13,289 nt of DNA from Nanobdellota archaeon (lineage in GTDB: Archaea > Aenigmatarchaeota > Aenigmatarchaeia > QMZP01). Each line of letters opens with the position of its first letter. Positions within the stretch are counted from its first letter, which is position 1. This document shows positions 8,085 to 13,289 of this stretch, piece after piece. Under the pieces are notes generated by a model. That model saw only the letters and a program-made list of their open reading frames with translations. It was not told where the DNA came from and ran no database searches. The stretch lies in contig JBDRJQ010000001.1 in NCBI GenBank assembly GCA_043814765.1, positions 1 to 13,289 on the forward strand, given 5' to 3'. Made by a program: the position numbers and the translations under genes.

Positions 8085-9980
8085 TCAGCCATAGAAAATA
8101 GGCCTCTTAGTCAAAAGCATTGGCAGAGGCAGTGGTCTGTAAGGGAAACCATCAGTCTGCTTCTTTATCTCTTTGACAAGTGAAGCAGTGCTTAGTGGCT
8201 TTATCTTTCCTGTCTTTCTTTCTCTAACAGCTAGCTTGCCACTCTTTTTCTCTTTATCTCCAACAACAATTATGTAAGGAATCCACTCTGATTCTGCATC
8301 CCTAACTTTCTTTCCTATAGATTCGACTCTATCATCAATATCAACACGTATGCTCTCTTTCTTGAAACTCTCTGCAATTTTTTTGCAGTAAGCAAGCAGA
8401 GAATCATTCATTGGGCACAAACGCACTTGTGTTGGTGATAGCCATAACGGGAATGTCACATTTTTTCCAGACTCTTTTTCCATGTGAGCTTTTTCCAGTA
8501 TAGCATACATCACCCTTTCTATTGCTCCGGACGGAGACTGGTGCAATATTATAGGATATTTTTTTGTGTTGTCCTTGTCAGTGAATGTTATGTCATATCT
8601 TTCCGCGTTCTCAACATCTATCTGATCTGTTGAAAGCGCTGCGGCCTTGTCCAAAGCGTCCACAAAGTTTAGCTCATATTTCAGTATGAAGTAAAAGAAT
8701 CTCTTGTCCCACATCTCTACCAGTATTGGCTTGCCCCATTTCTTTGCAATCCTTTTGATGTAGGGCCTGTTCTCTTCATAAAAATCATTAACAACTCTCA
8801 AGGCGAATTCAAGGTCGCTCTTTCCGAGGTCGAAGCCCTGGGAAACTTTTATGGAAAGGTCCAGCCTTCTGAAAAGATCTTCTTTGGCCTGTTCAATGTC
8901 CCTGCAGAATGAGTGGCAATCAGGCATTGTAAAGGCTCTAAGCCTTTTTAGTCCGCTAAGTTCCCCCCGCTGCTCAACACGAAAGCTGTATCTTGACAGC
9001 TCGTAAAGCCATAGTGGCATATTTTTGTGAGAAAAACTTGCATCATGCATCATTAAAAACTGACCAAAACATGCAGCAAAACGCAGGAAAACCTCTTTGT
9101 TGGGCGTCTGTATCCTGTATTGTCTTGCAGGGAATCTGTGCATGTATTTTTTCAATGATGGATGTTCGTAGTCATACATTATAGGAGTTTCCACCTGCAT
9201 TGCTCCTGCTTCAACTGTGCTTCTTGTAACAAAATCCTCTATCAAGGATTTTATCAGCTTTCCTTTGGGATAAAAACGGAGATTTCCTGGGTCACTACCA
9301 GGCTCATAATCAGCCAGTTGCATCTTCTTCATAAGGGCAATATGAGGAGGCTCCTGCTTTGCAACACGAACCTTCTTCATTTCATAAGCAGCAAACTTTT
9401 CCAGATTTTTGTACTTGGAAAAATTATAACCCTTTATCTTATCATCAGCCATTTCTATTTTATGAAGCTTTCCAATCGTGTCCATTATATACCATTGAGA
9501 TTTCAGCGTCTCCTCTGCTTTCAGGGCGTCAGAGATGTCATTTTTTACCTCTCCTGCTCCTTGCGCAGTTACCTGTTTGGATAGCTCAGCTAGTGGATGA
9601 CCTTTAACTTTGATATCAAAAGACTTGTACCAGCCAAAAGGCGCTCTTTTGACTGGTATTTTCTTTTCTTTCAGTAAACCTTCCATGCACTCTAATGTCC
9701 TAAGAGCCATGGAAGGGGATGACAAATCAGCGGATAAATGAGCATAAGGATAAACAACCACGTTTTTTGCTTTCACCTGCTTCAAAACCCCTTCAATCTC
9801 TGCAACTGCGTTGGCTGCCACAGCATCTGTGTTCTTCTCATCTTCCTTCTCAACAGCTGTGAAAACTACCAGAACTTCCTTAATCTTTATTGGCTTCATC
9901 GGTGTTTCTTCTGCTAACTTTATAGCCCTTTTCTGAGGCTCCCATTCAATAAAGTCAGAATGTAATAATAATAATTTCAA
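8085..9980 (-). CDS. thrS: Threonine--tRNA ligase, archaeal type with N-terminal DTD-like editing domain
   Basis: YPYAHLS, RAPFGWYK, GHPLAELS editing domain; LRFAACFGQF, FRVEQRGEL, RAFTMPDCH, ILHQSPSGAIER; C-terminal anticodon-binding domain; TTG start preceded by GTGA. Confidence 0.97.
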   Translation of the reverse strand: MKLLLLHSDFIEWEPQKRAIKLAEETPMKPIKIKEVLVVFTAVEKEDEKNTDAVAANAVAEIEGVLKQVKAKNVVVYPYAHLSADLSSPSMALRTLECMEGLLKEKKIPVKRAPFGWYKSFDIKVKGHPLAELSKQVTAQGAGEVKNDISDALKAEETLKSQWYIMDTIGKLHKIEMADDKIKGYNFSKYKNLEKFAAYEMKKVRVAKQEPPHIALMKKMQLADYEPGSDPGNLRFYPKGKLIKSLIEDFVTRSTVEAGAMQVETPIMYDYEHPSLKKYMHRFPARQYRIQTPNKEVFLRFAACFGQFLMMHDASFSHKNMPLWLYELSRYSFRVEQRGELSGLKRLRAFTMPDCHSFCRDIEQAKEDLFRRLDLSIKVSQGFDLGKSDLEFALRVVNDFYEENRPYIKRIAKKWGKPILVEMWDKRFFYFILKYELNFVDALDKAAALSTDQIDVENAERYDITFTDKDNTKKYPIILHQSPSGAIERVMYAILEKAHMEKESGKNVTFPLWLSPTQVRLCPMNDSLLAYCKKIAESFKKESIRVDIDDRVESIGKKVRDAESEWIPYIIVVGDKEKKSGKLAVRERKTGKIKPLSTASLVKEIKKQTDGFPYRPLPLPMLLTKRPIFYG

Positions 9981-10049
9981 CTAAATCACGATCCTAGTTA
10001 ATATATATGTTTTTAATAAATAAAGCTAAATCAGATATAAGTAGTCTAT

Positions 10050-10065
10050 GTATAACGGTCAAGTA
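10050..10065 (+). repeat. Degenerate copy of the spliced tRNA-Gln D-arm exon junction
   Basis: GTATAACGGTCAAGTA vs GTGTAGTGGTCAA|GCA (11007-11019 + 11051-11053): 12/16 identical, all four mismatches are transitions. Confidence 0.5.
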
Positions 10066-10066
10066 A

Positions 10067-10074
10067 TATTTAAG
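10067..10074 (+). promoter_or_regulatory. Candidate TATA box of the LAGLIDADG gene
   Basis: TATTTAAG 22-29 nt upstream of ATG 10096; no SD, so probably leaderless. Confidence 0.45.
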
Positions 10075-10095
10075 ATTTCAAATCTAATATAATAC

Positions 10096-11007
10096 ATGAA
10101 TGATAGAATTGTTTTTAAGAGGGGTAAACAAGGGGAATTTCTTAAAAAAGCAAAGGAACTTGGTAAATATTCTTGGAAAGAATTGGCTCATTTATGTAAG
10201 GTGAATGAAGGTACACTCCTAGTTAATTTAAGGACTGAGAAAACTACAGTTTCTATTGAACTATTTAATAATGTTATAAAAGAATTTCCTTCCCTAAGAT
10301 CTTATAAAAACTATATTGAAGAAATAAAACCAAGATATTGGGGATCAAAAAAGGCTGCTAAAATTACAAACAAAAAACAAGGTAAAAAAATAACTGTTAA
10401 AGAAAACAACCAAGAAATGTCAGAATTAATTGGAATAATTCTGGGTGATGGTAACTTATATTCAAATAAGAAATCAGGAAACTATTACCTTTGTATTGTG
10501 GGTGATAGGAAAGAAGAGGATTATTTAATTGGTTTTGTAAAGCCACTAATAGAGGGGTTATTTGGTACTGAGGTAAAAATAAGTAGAGCAAAAAAATCTA
10601 ATACTACTTATTTAAAATTACAAGGCAGAAGAGTTATCGAGTATTTTATTGGAAATCACGATCTAATACCTGGAAATAAAATAGAAAATAGACTTAGAAT
10701 ACCAAAATGGATACAAAAAAATAATGATTTTTTAAAGGCATGTATAAGAGGATTAATAGACACTGATGGGTCTGTTTTTAGATTATCAAAAAAGGATCCA
10801 AATATAATAAGAATATCATTTAAAAATTTCAATAATGAGTTAATGTTTGATATGAAATCATCTCTTATAAAATTAGGATATAATCCAAGCAAAGTTACGC
10901 ATAAAAGCATATATATTACAAAAAAAGAGAATGTAAATAGATATATGAATGATATAGGGTTTAATAACCCTAAACACAGAAGGAGATATGAAGAAATAGC
11001 CCTGTAG
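10096..11007 (+). CDS. Free-standing double-motif LAGLIDADG (DOD-type) homing endonuclease with N-terminal HTH-like domain
   Basis: ELIGIILGDG and CIRGLIDTDG motifs with both acidic residues kept; GNK..RIPKWI; C-terminal IGF; N-terminal SWKELAHLCKVNEGTL helix-turn-helix-like segment; no intein splice motifs; visibly more AT-rich than thrS. Confidence 0.9.
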   Translation: MNDRIVFKRGKQGEFLKKAKELGKYSWKELAHLCKVNEGTLLVNLRTEKTTVSIELFNNVIKEFPSLRSYKNYIEEIKPRYWGSKKAAKITNKKQGKKITVKENNQEMSELIGIILGDGNLYSNKKSGNYYLCIVGDRKEEDYLIGFVKPLIEGLFGTEVKISRAKKSNTTYLKLQGRRVIEYFIGNHDLIPGNKIENRLRIPKWIQKNNDFLKACIRGLIDTDGSVFRLSKKDPNIIRISFKNFNNELMFDMKSSLIKLGYNPSKVTHKSIYITKKENVNRYMNDIGFNNPKHRRRYEEIAL

Positions 11008-11101
11008 TGTAGTGGTCAATCTAGTTTTTTGTAAAAAAGACTAGGACTAAGCATGTGAGGTTCTGGACCTCTCGACCCCGGTTCGAATCCGGGCGGGGCT
11101 A
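10998..11101 (+). tRNA. tRNA-Gln(CTG) with a 31-nt intron at non-canonical position about 21/22
   Basis: Acceptor AGCCCTG/CGGGGCT plus discriminator A; D-stem GTGT/GCAT; anticodon arm TGAGG-TTCTGGA-CCTCT; T arm CCCGG-TTCGAAT-CCGGG; A1-U72 typical of archaeal tRNA-Gln; CCA not encoded. Confidence 0.93.
11020..11050 (+). other. Archaeal tRNA intron with a relaxed bulge-helix-bulge motif
   Basis: Central 4-bp helix GGTC (11014-17)/GACT (11045-48); bulges AAT and AAG; intron hairpin CTAGTTTTTT-GTAA-AAAAGACTAG. Removing it restores GGTCAAGCAT. Confidence 0.85.
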
Positions 11102-11114
11102 TTTTATTTTTATT
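11102..11114 (+). terminator. T-rich terminator after the tRNA
   Basis: TTTTATTTTTATT immediately after the discriminator base. Confidence 0.5.
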
Positions 11115-11147
11115 AGTTTTAATAAGGGGCTCAACTAATAATTATAC

Positions 11148-11378
11148 ATGGGACTATTTGATTTTCTAAAAAAGAAAAAAACAACCAAGGCTTCTAAAAG
11201 GAAAAAACCATCTAAAGTTGCTAAAATAAAAAAGAGCAACGTTACTAAAACAAAACCTATGGGTGTCAGGGTAAAGAAAACCAAAACAGGCTCTAAGTTC
11301 TACTTTGACGACATAGAGAAGAAGATAACCAAGTCGCAGAAGACCAAAGTGATACTTAGAGTTAAGACTAAAAAGTAA
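11148..11378 (+). CDS. Small lysine-rich hypothetical protein
   Basis: 76 aa ORF filling the gap; MGLFDFLKKKK N-terminus; TTTAATAA TATA-like at 11118-11125. Confidence 0.65.
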   Translation: MGLFDFLKKKKTTKASKRKKPSKVAKIKKSNVTKTKPMGVRVKKTKTGSKFYFDDIEKKITKSQKTKVILRVKTKK

Positions 11379-11389
11379 TAAAACCAGTA

Positions 11390-13289
11390 TTATTTTTTAT
11401 TTGAATCTGTTTGAATTGTTTTTTTAATTCTTTTCACAATACCAAAATTTAATACCTTTCCAAACTCTTTAACAATACCAAATTTTATTTTTCTTATAAT
11501 CCATTTACCAGAAAGATAATTTATTATTTTTGATTTAAATGCAATGTAAATTATTATGCTTGTTATAATAAATAGAAATAATGTGGCATAATTATAGTTG
11601 ATTCTCACAATTTTTGTTACATTAAACGTGTCACTACCTACGACTTTTGACTTGTAATCATCCCCATAAAGAAGAGTTACCTCTAATTTATATAATCCAC
11701 TTTCTATGCTTTCGGGTAATGCTATCTCTCTAAATAAATTAGCTTTGTTTTCTACAACAACATTTTCTGATATTTCTAATAAGATATTGCTATTTTCATC
11801 TATTATTTTAAATTCTATTATGACATTGGATTTTCCAGAAAGTTCAACATCTGTTAGTTTTATTACAGCAACAAGAGCATCTTCTACAGATATGTCTTTA
11901 TAGATAGCAGGTATCTCTAACAGCATGTCAAATGACGGTTTAAGTTCTACTACCAATTCTTCTTTTTCAAGTTCCGGAACGGTATAAGTGCATGACTGAA
12001 TTTCTTCAGGTTTGTTTTGTTGATCAGAACAGGTTCCAGTATAAGTACAAGTCCTTGTTTGAATGTTTTCTGTTTCACATTCTTCCCAACTAGTGCACTC
12101 CCATTCATGGAAGCAATTGCTTTTATCATCAGAAGGACTTGAGGGAGTTTCTGCATCATTAGAACCGCTATCAGTTTCTTCATCAGGAGTTTCTTCTGCA
12201 GAATATGTAGAAAAATGCAATACACTGAAAACAAACATTCCATTCTCATATGAAATCTCTGTACATACTGAATCCGGACATTCTTCACCGTTTAAAACAG
12301 GCCTTGGATCTGTGTAATTTAAATTGTAAACATGAACATTAGCAGGTTTGTTAAGTGCAGTCAATGCATTTGCGTTGAGCTGTATTGAGTTAAACGCTAT
12401 ATTGACATTGCCGTCTATATCTGCGCCTGAACTCAAATTTACAGCTTCTTGAAACATTATCTTACCTGCAGAAGAATTTTCGATTATAAGACCCGCTATA
12501 TTCGAGACATCAACTGAGCTCAAATCAGTGGTATTTCCTGAAAATTCAGTTGTTAGAATAACAGAGAACTGCCTGCTCTTTGAAGAGCCAATGTTTCCTT
12601 CAGAATCTGTGCAATTGATGCTCCATTCATAATTCAAAGCTGCGAGATTATTTGTCGTGAACTCCTGTATCATATTCTTTGTTACACTCGAATCAGTTTG
12701 GTTTATCTCGCCACCTATAATCAGGAAGCAGTTGTTTATGTCAGAAGAATCTGTTACGTTATAGCTAAAGGTGATGTTGCCGTCTATATCACCGCTACTA
12801 TCTGCTGGTGAGATTAAAGTTATAACAGGGGCTTCCTCATCAGATACCAAGAGTGTGTAATCAACACTCACATTGTAAAGCTTTGCTGATAAGCTAACAG
12901 AATTGCTTGTGAAATCAGCCTGATATTGGAAATACCTGTTATCAGAAACGGATAGATTTTCTCCAGAAGAGTCTGCATAACTTCCGGAAAAGCTTCCATC
13001 ACTGCAGTTGGCCAGCGCGCAGGATCTTGCCTGAAAAGTCAGGCCAGTCTCAAGCAAAAGGGCAGCCATTCCCTTGGCATTCCCATTATCACTGTTGAAA
13101 TTGGTGATGGTCTTTGTCCAGTTAAGCCCGCCATCAGAAGATTTCCACACATCTTCATCTCCTTCTATGATAAACACATTATCATCACTATCAACAATAC
13201 CGGTTTTTATGTGTTGTCCTTCGCCATTATAATCATCGTTTATCTTGGTCCAATTCTCACCCAAATCAGTCGACTGCCAGACGTCATCA
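11390..13289 (-). CDS. Large modular membrane-anchored surface protein (5' end beyond the window)
   Basis: Frame open to the window edge (DDVWQSTDLGENW). Contains two Asp-box/BNR repeats, an Ig-like DEEAPVITLISP module, an HFSTY motif, an acidic S/P linker, a Cys/Trp-rich TSP1-like module, a C-terminal TM helix and a basic tail; many N-x-S/T sequons. Confidence 0.85.
   Translation of the reverse strand, partial: DDVWQSTDLGENWTKINDDYNGEGQHIKTGIVDSDDNVFIIEGDEDVWKSSDGGLNWTKTITNFNSDNGNAKGMAALLLETGLTFQARSCALANCSDGSFSGSYADSSGENLSVSDNRYFQYQADFTSNSVSLSAKLYNVSVDYTLLVSDEEAPVITLISPADSSGDIDGNITFSYNVTDSSDINNCFLIIGGEINQTDSSVTKNMIQEFTTNNLAALNYEWSINCTDSEGNIGSSKSRQFSVILTTEFSGNTTDLSSVDVSNIAGLIIENSSAGKIMFQEAVNLSSGADIDGNVNIAFNSIQLNANALTALNKPANVHVYNLNYTDPRPVLNGEECPDSVCTEISYENGMFVFSVLHFSTYSAEETPDEETDSGSNDAETPSSPSDDKSNCFHEWECTSWEECETENIQTRTCTYTGTCSDQQNKPEEIQSCTYTVPELEKEELVVELKPSFDMLLEIPAIYKDISVEDALVAVIKLTDVELSGKSNVIIEFKIIDENSNILLEISENVVVENKANLFREIALPESIESGLYKLEVTLLYGDDYKSKVVGSDTFNVTKIVRINYNYATLFLFIITSIIIYIAFKSKIINYLSGKWIIRKIKFGIVKEFGKVLNFGIVKRIKKTIQTDSNKK

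Noticed and set aside
10096..11007. LAGLIDADG ORF as an intein or intron-encoded ORF
   Set aside because: No Hint-domain N-terminal C/S block or C-terminal HN, no host extein, and it lies outside the 31-nt tRNA intron
11126..11131. GGGGCT repeat of the tRNA 3' end as an att site
   Set aside because: Only 6 bp, and no integrase in the window
11436..11482. Direct repeat ACAATACCAAA at 36-nt spacing
   Set aside because: Two copies only, encoding a repeated FGIVK peptide in the cytoplasmic tail; not a CRISPR array
44..12317. Many short antisense or alternate-frame ORFs in the track (e.g. 1491-1922, 2638-2838, 7262-7702, 9162-9584, 11950-12288)
   Set aside because: Shadows of well-supported genes, with no recognisable motifs
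13262..13264. Start of the surface protein at 13264
   Set aside because: Internal Leu codon in an Asp-box; the frame stays open to the window edge

Overview
Archaeal chromosomal window, probably from a DPANN-type lineage (inferred from gene style; not provable here). In order it holds an MJ1225-like 4xCBS protein, a small Toprim protein overlapping archaeal dnaG, an isolated rpoN (Rpo10), a Tes/MJ0619-type radical SAM tetraether lipid synthase, a CPA1/NhaP-like transporter lacking both canonical Asp residues, an ORFan, an A24 prepilin peptidase, chromatin protein MC1, archaeal-type thrS, a free-standing HTH+LAGLIDADG endonuclease, tRNA-Gln(CTG), a small basic protein and the 3' part of a large modular surface protein. 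The most striking structure is at 10043-11101. The LAGLIDADG gene stops inside the 5' end of tRNA-Gln(CTG), and that tRNA has a 31-nt non-canonical D-arm intron. A degenerate copy of the spliced (intron-less) exon junction sits just upstream of the endonuclease's TATA box. My hypothesis is a tRNA-targeting homing system in which the mini-intron protects the target and the upstream copy is an operator or insertion scar.
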